This document shows positions 1 through 8,356 of a stretch of 64,000 bases of DNA, one piece after another (position 1 is the stretch's first letter; each line of letters starts with the position of its first letter). A model generated the notes under the pieces. That model had not been told where the DNA came from and searched no databases. It was given only the letters and a program-made list of their open reading frames with translations. The position numbers and the translations under genes are program-made. Origin of the DNA: Clostridia bacterium (GTDB taxonomy: Bacteria; Bacillota; Clostridia; Christensenellales; CAG-138); contig JAFWJN010000043.1 in NCBI GenBank assembly GCA_017514685.1, positions 35,167 through 99,166 on the forward strand, written 5' to 3'.

Positions 1-893
1 CGACGGAGGACGGCGCACGCGCAAAGGAAATCCTGGATGAATACTATCGGGGCTTCCAAGCGCGGAATCCGAACCTCTATGTGTTCTCCGCACATCTGCA
101 CATGGACGAGGCGACGCCGCATCTGCATATTGATTTCGTTCCGTTTACGACCGGCAGCACACGCGGGCTTGGAACGCGCGTATCGCTCAAAAAAGCGCTT
201 GCGGTGCAGGGCTTCGAGGGCGGCACACGCGGCGATACGGAATGGAATCAATGGGTACAGTCCGAAAAGGAGCAGCTTGCAGCGACCATGGTGCGTCACG
301 GTATCGACTGGCAGCACAAGGGAACACATGAAAAGCATCTGTCCGTACTCGATTACGAAAAACAGCAGCGAGCGAAGGAAATCGAGGAAATGAAATCACA
401 GACACAGGAAATGAAGCTGACACTGGAGGGCTTTCAGAACGCGGTTTCCGTTGCAGAGGAAAAGCTCAAGGATCTGCAGGAGGATTCCGTCGATCTCGCA
501 AAACAGATCGAGGAATACAACCAACCCGGATGGATGCTCCCGCAACCGCAGCGATTCATGTCCGCAAAGGCGTTTCGGGATCAGATCATCGGTCTGTTCA
601 ACAAGATGCGGGCGACGATGCTAAAAGCCCTGTCCAAATGTTATGAATATGCCCGCGAATACACGCTTGCCAAGCGAGATCTTGACAAAGCGTATTATAC
701 GGTGCTTTATCAGCAGGACACGATCAAGGAGCAGGAAGAACAGATCGAGCAGATGGCACCGGACGCAAAGCGATACCGGATACTTCGCAAATTCCTCGGT
801 CCGAACTCTACGGACGAGCTTCTGCGGCAGGCTCAGCAGAAGGAGACGCAAAATCAGCGCTCTCGTTCTCGCGGCAGGTATGAGGAAAGATGA
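1..893 (+). CDS. MobV/Pre-family mobilisation relaxase, 5'-truncated by the window edge
   Basis: Frame 3 is open from nt 3 (TEDGARAKEILDEYYRGFQARNPNLYVFSAHLHMDEATPHLHIDFVP...). It carries the HxDE..PHxH histidine motif characteristic of Mob_Pre/MobV relaxases and a Glu/Gln/Lys-rich helical C-terminus. Stop codon at 891-893. Confidence 0.8.
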   Translation, partial: TEDGARAKEILDEYYRGFQARNPNLYVFSAHLHMDEATPHLHIDFVPFTTGSTRGLGTRVSLKKALAVQGFEGGTRGDTEWNQWVQSEKEQLAATMVRHGIDWQHKGTHEKHLSVLDYEKQQRAKEIEEMKSQTQEMKLTLEGFQNAVSVAEEKLKDLQEDSVDLAKQIEEYNQPGWMLPQPQRFMSAKAFRDQIIGLFNKMRATMLKALSKCYEYAREYTLAKRDLDKAYYTVLYQQDTIKEQEEQIEQMAPDAKRYRILRKFLGPNSTDELLRQAQQKETQNQRSRSRGRYEER

Positions 894-902
894 TCGACAT
901 GG

Positions 903-930
903 GGGGAAGGTAATCCTTCCCCTATTTTTG
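903..930 (+). terminator. Rho-independent terminator after the relaxase gene
   Basis: GGGGAAGG-TAAT-CCTTCCCC hairpin followed by TATTTTTG. Confidence 0.6.
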
Positions 931-1009
931 CTTTATTTCTCAAAATACTATTGTCGATCAATTACAAATGTGATACAATAAATATGCAATTTATAATAGG
1001 GAGTGCTAT

Positions 1010-1204
1010 ATGGAAGACGCGAAATTGATCATTTCTCCCAAACGGTATACAGACGAATCACAGGTGCTTTCCGTGCGTATGCCGAAAGGTATGCTGAAGG
1101 ATCTGGACGCCATTGCGCAAAAGACCGGACGCACGCGCAACGAGTTGATCGTCATGAGCATCGAATTCACTTTGGACCATCTGGAAATCGAAGAGAAGAA
1201 ATAA
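1010..1204 (+). CDS. Ribbon-helix-helix (CopG/Arc-like) DNA-binding protein
   Basis: 64 aa. A beta-strand (LSVRMP) is followed by two helices (GMLKDLDAIAQKTG, RTRNELIVMSIEFTL), which is the RHH pattern. It ends 18 nt before the first TIR gene. Confidence 0.6.
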   Translation: MEDAKLIISPKRYTDESQVLSVRMPKGMLKDLDAIAQKTGRTRNELIVMSIEFTLDHLEIEEKK

Positions 1205-1222
1205 AGGATCGTTGGGGGCAGC

Positions 1223-3070
1223 ATGGCAATCTTAAAATGCAAAATGTGCGGCGGGGATATTGAACTCAGCCAAGATAAGACGTTCGGCACGTGTGAATCC
1301 TGCGGGAGCACGATGACCTTCCCGAAGGTGGACGACGAGCAGCGGGCAAATACGTTCAACCGCGGCAACCACTTCCGTAGGCAAGGTGAGTTCGACAAGG
1401 CACTTGCCGTGTATGAGCGCATTGTCCAGGAGGACGAGAACGACGCCGAGGCACATTGGTGCTGCGCGCTGTGCCGGTTCGGCATCGAATACGTCGAGGA
1501 TCCGAACACGTTCGAGTATCTTCCGACCTGCCACCGCGCAAGCTTCGACAGCTTTTTAGAAGACGTGGATTATCTCGCCGCATTGGAGCATTCCGACGGG
1601 ATCACAAAGCGCCAGTACCAGAAGGACGCGGCGAAGATCGCGGAGGTGCAGCGCGGCATCCTCGCCACCTCGCAGAACGAGGAACCATTCGACGTCTTTA
1701 TCTGTTATAAGGAATCCGAAAACGACGGTTCAAGAACCCGCGACAGCATGATGGCGCAGGAGATCTACTATCAGCTGACCGAGCAGGGGCGGCGGGTGTT
1801 CTTCTCGCGCATCACGCTCGAAGACAAAGCGGGCACGGAATACGAGCCCTATATCTTCGCGGCGCTCAATTCCGCAAAGGTCATGATCGTGGTCACGACT
1901 TCGGCGGAGCATGTCAACGCGGTCTGGGTCAAGAACGAGTGGAGCCGCTTCCTTTCTCTGATGCGCAAGGACCGGTCGAAGCTGCTTCTGCCGTGCTACC
2001 GCGATATGGATCCCTATGATCTGCCGGAAGCGCTGTCGATCTTGCAGTCGTATGACATGGGCAAGATCGGCTTCATTCAGGACTTGACGCGCGGGATCAA
2101 CAAGGTGCTTGATGCGAATAAACCGAAAGAAACGGTCAAGGAGACCGTTGTGGTACAGCAGCAGATGGGCAACGCCGCGCCGCTTCTCAAACGTGCGTTC
2201 ATGTTCTTGGAGGACGGTGACTTTGCCCGCGCGGACGATTTCTGCGAGCAGGTATTGAACCTCGATCCTGAAAATGCCGAAGCGTACCTCGGCAAGCTGA
2301 TGGCGGAACTGCATGTAAAAACGCGCGATACCTTGAAAGATCAGCCTGAACCGTTTGATAATCGTAACAATTATCAGAAAGTAATGCGCTTTGGAAACGT
2401 GAACCTAAAACAAGAACTAGCATCTTGTATCGCGTTTCTCAAGGATCGAAATGAAAATGCTCGCAAGGAAGAACTATACCAGAAAGCGGTATTTATAATG
2501 CGGGAACAGACGGAAGCAGGATATCGCAGGGCGGAGGCATTATTCTCTACAATTGCGGATTACCGGGATGCATCAGAAATAGTAATAGAATGCCAGACTA
2601 AAGCGGAGGAAGCACGTAAAGAAAAACTCTATCAAACATGTTCGAAAATTTTTTTGCCTGACGGTGGTGTGGCAAATACGAAAACAAATTGGCAAGCAGC
2701 AATTAAGGGATACGCTTATCTCAAGGATTATAAGGATTCAGAACAGTTGCTAATTATGTGCCAGGATAGATTGTCTGCGTTGGAATCCGCAGAAAAACAA
2801 AAACGGATGGAAGCGGAAAATGCCGCAAGGGAAGCTGCCGAGCGTTGGCGGCAGGAAACGGCTGCAACTGCCGCGCTACGCGCGAAAAAGCGTGGAGAGT
2901 ACTCTAAACAACTTACTGTAGCCGAGCAACGCAAGCAAGTCGCCGAAACCGAACTTGCCAACCTCAAGGGCTTGTTCTCCGGCAAGCGTCGCAAGGAATT
3001 GGAAGCGCAGATCTCCGAAGACGCTACAACAATAGAACGACTGCAAAATGAACTGAAGGCATTACAGTAA
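1223..3070 (+). CDS. Zinc-ribbon / TPR / TIR-domain protein, paralogue 1 (soluble, coiled-coil C-terminus)
   Basis: N-terminal CKMCGG-x11-CESCG zinc ribbon. TIR core FDVFICYKE...SAKVMIVVTT...AVWVKNEWSRF (nt ~1688-2080), with Glu239 (nt 1937-1939) at the position of the catalytic Glu of TIR NADases. TPR unit LDPENAEAYLGKLMAEL. Two F..I..Y[KR]D[AS]..C motifs. Ala/Glu/Lys/Arg-rich coiled-coil tail and no TM segment. Confidence 0.85.
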   Translation: MAILKCKMCGGDIELSQDKTFGTCESCGSTMTFPKVDDEQRANTFNRGNHFRRQGEFDKALAVYERIVQEDENDAEAHWCCALCRFGIEYVEDPNTFEYLPTCHRASFDSFLEDVDYLAALEHSDGITKRQYQKDAAKIAEVQRGILATSQNEEPFDVFICYKESENDGSRTRDSMMAQEIYYQLTEQGRRVFFSRITLEDKAGTEYEPYIFAALNSAKVMIVVTTSAEHVNAVWVKNEWSRFLSLMRKDRSKLLLPCYRDMDPYDLPEALSILQSYDMGKIGFIQDLTRGINKVLDANKPKETVKETVVVQQQMGNAAPLLKRAFMFLEDGDFARADDFCEQVLNLDPENAEAYLGKLMAELHVKTRDTLKDQPEPFDNRNNYQKVMRFGNVNLKQELASCIAFLKDRNENARKEELYQKAVFIMREQTEAGYRRAEALFSTIADYRDASEIVIECQTKAEEARKEKLYQTCSKIFLPDGGVANTKTNWQAAIKGYAYLKDYKDSEQLLIMCQDRLSALESAEKQKRMEAENAAREAAERWRQETAATAALRAKKRGEYSKQLTVAEQRKQVAETELANLKGLFSGKRRKELEAQISEDATTIERLQNELKALQ

Positions 3071-3089
3071 CGAGGAACGAGGGGCAAAC

Positions 3090-5267
3090 ATGGCAATCTT
3101 AAAATGCAAAATGTGCGGCGGGGATATCGAACTGTCAGCCGATAAGACGTTCGGGACGTGCGATTCGTGCGGGAGCACGATGACCTTCCCGAAGGTGGAC
3201 GACGAGCAGCGGGCAAGCATGTTCAACCGAGGCAATCATTTCCGACGCATGGGCGAGTTCGATAAGGCGCTTGCCGTGTACGAGCGGATCGTGCAGGAGG
3301 ACGAGAACGATGCAGAGGCGCATTGGTGCTGCGCGCTGTGCCGGTTCGGCATCGAATACGTCGAGGACCCGAACACATTCGAGTATCTTCCGACGTGTCA
3401 CCGCGCAAGCTTCGACAGCTTTCTTGAGGACGTCGATTATCTGGCAGCGTTGGAGCATTCCGACGGGATCACACGGCGTCAGTATCAGAAGGACGCAGCA
3501 AAGATTGCCGAGGTGCAGCGCGGCATCCTCGCGACCTCGCAGAACGAGGAGCCGTTCGACGTCTTCATCTGCTATAAAGAGAGCGAAAACGACGGCACGC
3601 GCACCCGCGACAGCCTGATGGCGCAGGAGATCTACTATCAGCTCACCGAGCAGGGACGGCGAGTGTTCTTCTCGCGCATCACGCTCGAGGATAAGGCCGG
3701 AACCGAGTACGAGCCGTATATTTTTGCCGCGCTGAATTCCGCAAAGGTCATGATCGTGGTAACGACCTCGGCAGAGCATGTCAACGCGGTCTGGGTAAAG
3801 AACGAGTGGAGCCGTTTCCTTTCCCTGATGCGCAAGGATCGGTCGAAGTTGCTTCTGCCGTGCTACCGTGATATGGACCCGTACGAACTGCCGGAAGCGC
3901 TGTCCGTTCTGCAGTCCTACGACATGGGCAAGATCGGTTTCATCCAGGACCTCATTCGCAGCGTGAACAAGGTGCTGGACGCGGCCGCGCCGAAATCATC
4001 GTCCCATGAAACCGTCATCGTACAGCAGCAAAACAACGCGGCTGCACCGCTTTTGCGCCGCGCGTTCCTGTTCCTCGAGGACGGCGAATGGGAAAAGGCG
4101 GACGACTTTTGCGAACAGGTTCTGAATCTCGATCCGGAGAACGCCGAGGCCTATCTCGGCAAGCTGATGGCGGAGCTGAAGGTCAGAAACCGCGATGCGC
4201 TGAAAAACTGCCCGAAGCCATTCGACGATCGGAGCAATTACAAAAACGCATACCGCTTCGGAGACGAGAAACGAAAGGCAAAGCTCTCCGGGGATATCGC
4301 CTTTATCAACGAGCGAAAGGAAAACGCGCGGCTGACCGGGATCTACAGCAACGGTGTTAAGGCTATGAACGCCGCATCAACGGAATCCGCGTACAAATCG
4401 GCAGCGTCGACCTTCCAAACGATCCCCGGCTTTAAGGATGCGGACGCCCTTGCGAAACGATGTCTCGAACAGGCAGAGATCTGCGGCAAGGAAGAGTGGA
4501 CCGAAAAAGAAAAGACCGCAAAGAAGCGCAAGAGAACCATTGCGGTTGTTACGCCAATTATTGTCGTATGCATTGCATTTGTAATCGTGCTGACAACAGT
4601 TATCATTCCTAGGCAGAAGTATAATGCAGCTGTGGAAAAATACGGGCAGGAGTTTTTAGATACTTTCTATGCCCTTAATGTCGGAGATGTATACCAGTTT
4701 GGATCATACGAACAGGATAATGATATATCCAACGGCAAAGAAGATATCGAGTGGCTTGTTCTTGCAAAGGAAGGAAATAAAGTTCTTGTTATCAGTAAAT
4801 ATGCTCTTGATTGTCAACAGTATCACACATCAGATACTAGTGTAACATGGGAAACCTGTTCGCTGAGGAAATGGCTGAATGGGACGTTCCTGAATACAGC
4901 GTTCTCAGAAAGAGAAAGAGCCATGATTCCCAGTGTGACGGTCAGTCCTGACAAGAGTTCAGCTTATTTCACAAGCTCATCAGGCAACAGCACGACGGAT
5001 CAGGTATTCCTGCTATCGTATAAAGAGGCTGAAACGTATTTCAGTTCGGATAGTGCGCGGCTATGTTCGGGAACGGCATATTGCCTTGCACAAGGAGCAT
5101 ACGACAGCAAGGGCAAATGCTGTTGGTGGCTGCGGTCGCGCGGCAACTCTTCTAACCGCGCTGCCTATGTCAGTGATCTCGTCGGCTCCGTTGCCGGCGG
5201 CGGCAGTGAAGTCAACACTAAATGGTTCGCAGTCCGTCCAGCTTTGTGGATAGATCTGGGATCTTAA
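3090..5267 (+). CDS. Zinc-ribbon / TPR / TIR-domain protein, paralogue 2 (single TM, extracytoplasmic DUF6273-like C-terminus)
   Basis: The first ~330 aa are nearly identical to paralogue 1 (same zinc ribbon; TIR at nt ~3555-3950; Glu239 at nt 3804-3806). A KKRKR cluster precedes the hydrophobic helix TIAVVTPIIVVCIAFVIVLTTVIIP (nt 4521-4610). The C-terminal Trp-rich module reads EWLVLAKEGNKVLVISKYALD...WETCSLRKWLNGTFLNTAFS. Confidence 0.85.
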   Translation: MAILKCKMCGGDIELSADKTFGTCDSCGSTMTFPKVDDEQRASMFNRGNHFRRMGEFDKALAVYERIVQEDENDAEAHWCCALCRFGIEYVEDPNTFEYLPTCHRASFDSFLEDVDYLAALEHSDGITRRQYQKDAAKIAEVQRGILATSQNEEPFDVFICYKESENDGTRTRDSLMAQEIYYQLTEQGRRVFFSRITLEDKAGTEYEPYIFAALNSAKVMIVVTTSAEHVNAVWVKNEWSRFLSLMRKDRSKLLLPCYRDMDPYELPEALSVLQSYDMGKIGFIQDLIRSVNKVLDAAAPKSSSHETVIVQQQNNAAAPLLRRAFLFLEDGEWEKADDFCEQVLNLDPENAEAYLGKLMAELKVRNRDALKNCPKPFDDRSNYKNAYRFGDEKRKAKLSGDIAFINERKENARLTGIYSNGVKAMNAASTESAYKSAASTFQTIPGFKDADALAKRCLEQAEICGKEEWTEKEKTAKKRKRTIAVVTPIIVVCIAFVIVLTTVIIPRQKYNAAVEKYGQEFLDTFYALNVGDVYQFGSYEQDNDISNGKEDIEWLVLAKEGNKVLVISKYALDCQQYHTSDTSVTWETCSLRKWLNGTFLNTAFSERERAMIPSVTVSPDKSSAYFTSSSGNSTTDQVFLLSYKEAETYFSSDSARLCSGTAYCLAQGAYDSKGKCCWWLRSRGNSSNRAAYVSDLVGSVAGGGSEVNTKWFAVRPALWIDLGS

Positions 5268-5419
5268 CTATTCTGATCTGAAATCATCCACTGCGGGCGA
5301 AGTCCGCAAATCCGCAAGCGCGCAGCGCTTGCACAATACCGCCGTAAGGTGGTCGGCCGATACATTGAATTGCAGGAGGATCCTATGGAATTGGCAGGAA
5401 TCATTATTGCCGCTCTTCC

Positions 5420-5788
5420 TTGCTTGCAACTGCGGCGACCTACATTACCGATAAGTTCCTTGAACGTAAGCAGAGGACGCTTGAAAAGCTTAATGAACTT
5501 CGCAACTCTTATCATGACAGTATTGCGGGTAAAGAAAGAAAACATGAAAAGGATTATTACAGAAATTGCGTAAAGCTGTTTGGTAATGTTGAGCAATTTT
5601 GCATCGGCGTTTTGTCAGGATACTATTCTATTGGGGTTGTCAGAAAGGATGGTAGCAGGTTTATTACAATGTTGTTTACTGATTTTAAGGAATACCTTAT
5701 AGATCAGCGACGAAGGATGTACCCAAATGAGAATTACTATCAGAATCTCGAAAAACTTGTAAACAGATTGAATAAGAAGACTGTGTAA
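5420..5788 (+). CDS. Hypothetical small protein in an AT-rich insert; possibly frameshifted (SD + ATG at 5385 lies in another frame)
   Basis: The ORF-track entry starts at a TTG with no SD. A strong AGGAGGA + ATG at 5385 opens frame 3 (MELAGIIIAALP...), which would join this frame around nt 5418-5422. The downstream translation is hydrophilic and plausible. Confidence 0.4.
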   Translation: MLATAATYITDKFLERKQRTLEKLNELRNSYHDSIAGKERKHEKDYYRNCVKLFGNVEQFCIGVLSGYYSIGVVRKDGSRFITMLFTDFKEYLIDQRRRMYPNENYYQNLEKLVNRLNKKTV

Positions 5789-5850
5789 ATAGGGTTAATC
5801 AATCATAAACAGAAAGAACAGATTTAATTAGCATATTGGAGGATCATATC

Positions 5851-7170
5851 ATGGCACACATTGCAGAAGTAATTAAGTACGAAGGCGACAACAGTACATT
5901 TATCTGGAAGCACCCGTGCGAGGACTTTAACCTCGGCTCGCAGCTGATCGTGCACGAAAGTCAGGAAGCGATCTTTATGCTGAACGGACAGGCGCTCGAC
6001 CTGTTCGGACCGGGGCGCTACACGCTCGAAACGCAGAACATCCCGCTGATCGGCAAAGCGCTGAAACTGGCGACGGGCGGCGTATCGCCGTTCCACTGCG
6101 AGGTCTATTTCATCAACAAGACCGAGCAGATGGCGATCAAGTGGGGCACGCCGGACAAGGTGCGCTTCATCGATCCGTTGACCGGCGTTCCGCTGGAGCT
6201 CGGCGCAAGCGGCGATCTTTCGCTCGCGGTCGAGGATTCGAGAAAGCTTCTCGTGAAGCTCGTCGGCACCATGCGCGGGATCGCGTGGGAAGATGCGGCG
6301 GGATTTACAAAGTCGCTGCAGGCGTCGTTCCGTCCGCTGATCACAAGCACGGTCAAGACGAATCTCGGCGCGATCATCAAGGACAACGCGATCGACATCC
6401 TCGAGGTCGATGAAAAGCTCGAGCTGATCTCCGACGTGCTCGGCACCAAGATCCGCGAGGGCTTTGAGGATTACGGTCTGACCGTGCCGAAGTTCTACGT
6501 GACGAATATCGTGCTGCCGGAGGATGATCCGAACTTCAGGCGCATCCGCGAGCTGCACACGATCGTGCTGCAGACGCGCGTGATCCAGGCGGAAGCGACG
6601 GTCAAGACCGCGACGGCGCAGAGCCAGGCGCAGTACCGCACCGCAGAGGAGCAGAGCAAGGCGGCGATCGAAGCGGCGCGCAGACAGGCGGAACTGGAGC
6701 GTCAGACGACCGAGACCGAAGTCGCGAAGCGCGTAGCTGAGCGCAAGGTCATCGCGGCGCAGGCGGAAGCGCAGGCGGCGCGCATGCAGGGCCTGACCGA
6801 AGCCGAGATCATGGCGGCGAAGGGCTACAACCAGAAGGACGTCCTTCAGGCGGAAGTGCAGAAAGCGTATGCCGAGGGCATCGGCAATATGGGACCGGAC
6901 ACGGTCAACGGCGGCGGCTCGAGCGTGGTCGGCGATATGCTGGGTCTCGGCGTCGGCATGGCGGCGGCAGGCACGATCATGCCGCAGATCGGCAATATGT
7001 TCGGCAACATGCAGCAGCCGCAGCAGTCCGCAGCGCCCGCGCAGCCGCAGGACGACATGGCGGCGTTCAAGGCAAAGGTCGAAAAGCTTTCGATGATGAA
7101 GGACGCGGGGCTTCTGACCGAGGAAGAGTTCACCAAGATGAAGGCGGAGCTTTTGAAGAGCATTCTGTGA
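5851..7170 (+). CDS. SPFH/band-7 domain protein of the YdjI / COG4260 type with C-terminal SHOCT domain
   Basis: GGAGGA lies 7 nt before the ATG at 5851 (the track start at 5836 is a TTG inside the SD). The N-terminus AEVIKYEGDNSTFIWKHPCEDFNLGSQLIVHESQEAIFMLNGQALDLFGPGRYTLETQNIPL matches the YdjI-like SPFH subgroup. An Ala/Glu/Gln-rich coiled coil and a Gly/Met-rich linker follow. The terminal KVEKLSMMKDAGLLTEEEFTKMKAELL matches the SHOCT pattern. Confidence 0.75.
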   Translation: MAHIAEVIKYEGDNSTFIWKHPCEDFNLGSQLIVHESQEAIFMLNGQALDLFGPGRYTLETQNIPLIGKALKLATGGVSPFHCEVYFINKTEQMAIKWGTPDKVRFIDPLTGVPLELGASGDLSLAVEDSRKLLVKLVGTMRGIAWEDAAGFTKSLQASFRPLITSTVKTNLGAIIKDNAIDILEVDEKLELISDVLGTKIREGFEDYGLTVPKFYVTNIVLPEDDPNFRRIRELHTIVLQTRVIQAEATVKTATAQSQAQYRTAEEQSKAAIEAARRQAELERQTTETEVAKRVAERKVIAAQAEAQAARMQGLTEAEIMAAKGYNQKDVLQAEVQKAYAEGIGNMGPDTVNGGGSSVVGDMLGLGVGMAAAGTIMPQIGNMFGNMQQPQQSAAPAQPQDDMAAFKAKVEKLSMMKDAGLLTEEEFTKMKAELLKSIL

Positions 7171-7183
7171 GGGGGAGACGGAT

Positions 7184-7897
7184 ATGAAACGGGCATTCAA
7201 GTTCTATTTGATCGCGTGGGCGATCATGTTCGTGATCTTCAACGTGGTCGTGATCGCGCTGCCGAAGGAAACGACGATCGCGGGGATTACCTATACCAAG
7301 CTCGGCGGGCTTTCGTGGATCACGCTGATCCTGTTTGAACTGTGCTTCGTCGGGCACCTCGTCTGCACGTGGTTCGCATGCAAACAAAACAAGCTGACCG
7401 GCACGTTTTACCGTTTGCCGCTGATCCGGCTGTCGTATGCGTGCGTGATCGTCACGCTCGTGCTCGGCTGCCTTGCGATGGCGATCCCGAATCTGCCCTC
7501 ATGGATCCCGCTGATCGTCGCGCTGCTTATAATGGCGATCTATGTGTTCTCGATCCTGAAAGCGGCGGCCGCGGCGGAGATCGTGGAGGAGATCGACGAA
7601 AAGGTTAAGACGAAGACTGCATTTATCAAGACGCTGACCGTCGACGCACAAACGCTTCTTTCCCGCGCAAAGAGCGAGCCCGTCAAAGCTGCCTGCAAAA
7701 AGGTCTTTGAAGCCGTGCGCTATTCCGACCCGATGAGCGCCGACGCGCTTTCCGACGTCGAATCCCGCATCCGCACCGAGTTTGACAGCTTCACCGACGC
7801 GGTGATTTCCGACAACGCCGACGCCGCAACCGCCTCTGCGGACGAGCTTCTGACGCTGATCAATGAGCGCAACAGCAGATGTAAGATGGAGAAGTGA
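7184..7897 (+). CDS. Membrane protein: four N-terminal TM helices plus ~110-aa helical cytoplasmic tail (unknown family)
   Basis: Four hydrophobic segments fall within aa 8-125, followed by an acidic helical tail (...VRYSDPMSADALSDVESRIRTEFDSF...). It starts 13 nt after the SPFH gene. Confidence 0.6.
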   Translation: MKRAFKFYLIAWAIMFVIFNVVVIALPKETTIAGITYTKLGGLSWITLILFELCFVGHLVCTWFACKQNKLTGTFYRLPLIRLSYACVIVTLVLGCLAMAIPNLPSWIPLIVALLIMAIYVFSILKAAAAAEIVEEIDEKVKTKTAFIKTLTVDAQTLLSRAKSEPVKAACKKVFEAVRYSDPMSADALSDVESRIRTEFDSFTDAVISDNADAATASADELLTLINERNSRCKMEK

Positions 7898-7901
7898 TAA
7901 A

Positions 7902-8339
7902 ATGAATAGAAAGATTAAAGTCAAAAATGAAGTAGTTACGGTGTCTCAAAATCCTGTCACGATTCATATAGATTACAACGAATCGCTAACATTAAAAGAA
8001 CTTTCAAAAGTGTTAGACTTAATTAATCTGGCAATCAATGATGTTAATCGAGATAAAGGAATAAAGAATAATGCCCAATTAGGGAACGACTGTGCTGCCG
8101 AGGTCGCAAGGGTTGAGTCTGGCTCAATTGTATTACACATTTTCACATACTTTGTTGCGCCTATTGCTTTGGGAATATTTGCCAACTTCTTGTATGATCG
8201 ATTAAAAACTTTAGGTGCAAAAAAAGAAAAGAATCAAGTCAAGATGGATACTGCTTATCCTATTTCCATCAATGTAAATGGGGACGATAATCTTATTGAA
8301 GTTCACATCACAAAACCGAACAATAATGATGCTGCATAA
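7902..8339 (+). CDS. Hypothetical protein with one central TM helix (AT-rich ORF)
   Basis: ATG at 7902 lies 4 nt after the upstream stop (MNRKIKVKNEVV...). The hydrophobic segment is IVLHIFTYFVAPIALGIFANFLY. Composition is clearly more AT-rich than the neighbours. The track start at 7863 overlaps the preceding gene. Confidence 0.5.
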   Translation: MNRKIKVKNEVVTVSQNPVTIHIDYNESLTLKELSKVLDLINLAINDVNRDKGIKNNAQLGNDCAAEVARVESGSIVLHIFTYFVAPIALGIFANFLYDRLKTLGAKKEKNQVKMDTAYPISINVNGDDNLIEVHITKPNNNDAA

Positions 8340-8356
8340 AATGTGGGGGGAGTATA

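Noticed and set aside
5824-7200. 458-aa minus-strand ORF covering the whole SPFH gene.
   Set aside because: The translation is Arg/Leu/His-rich and low-complexity, there is no SD, and the ORF is exactly antisense to a well-supported GC-rich gene. This is a typical shadow ORF.
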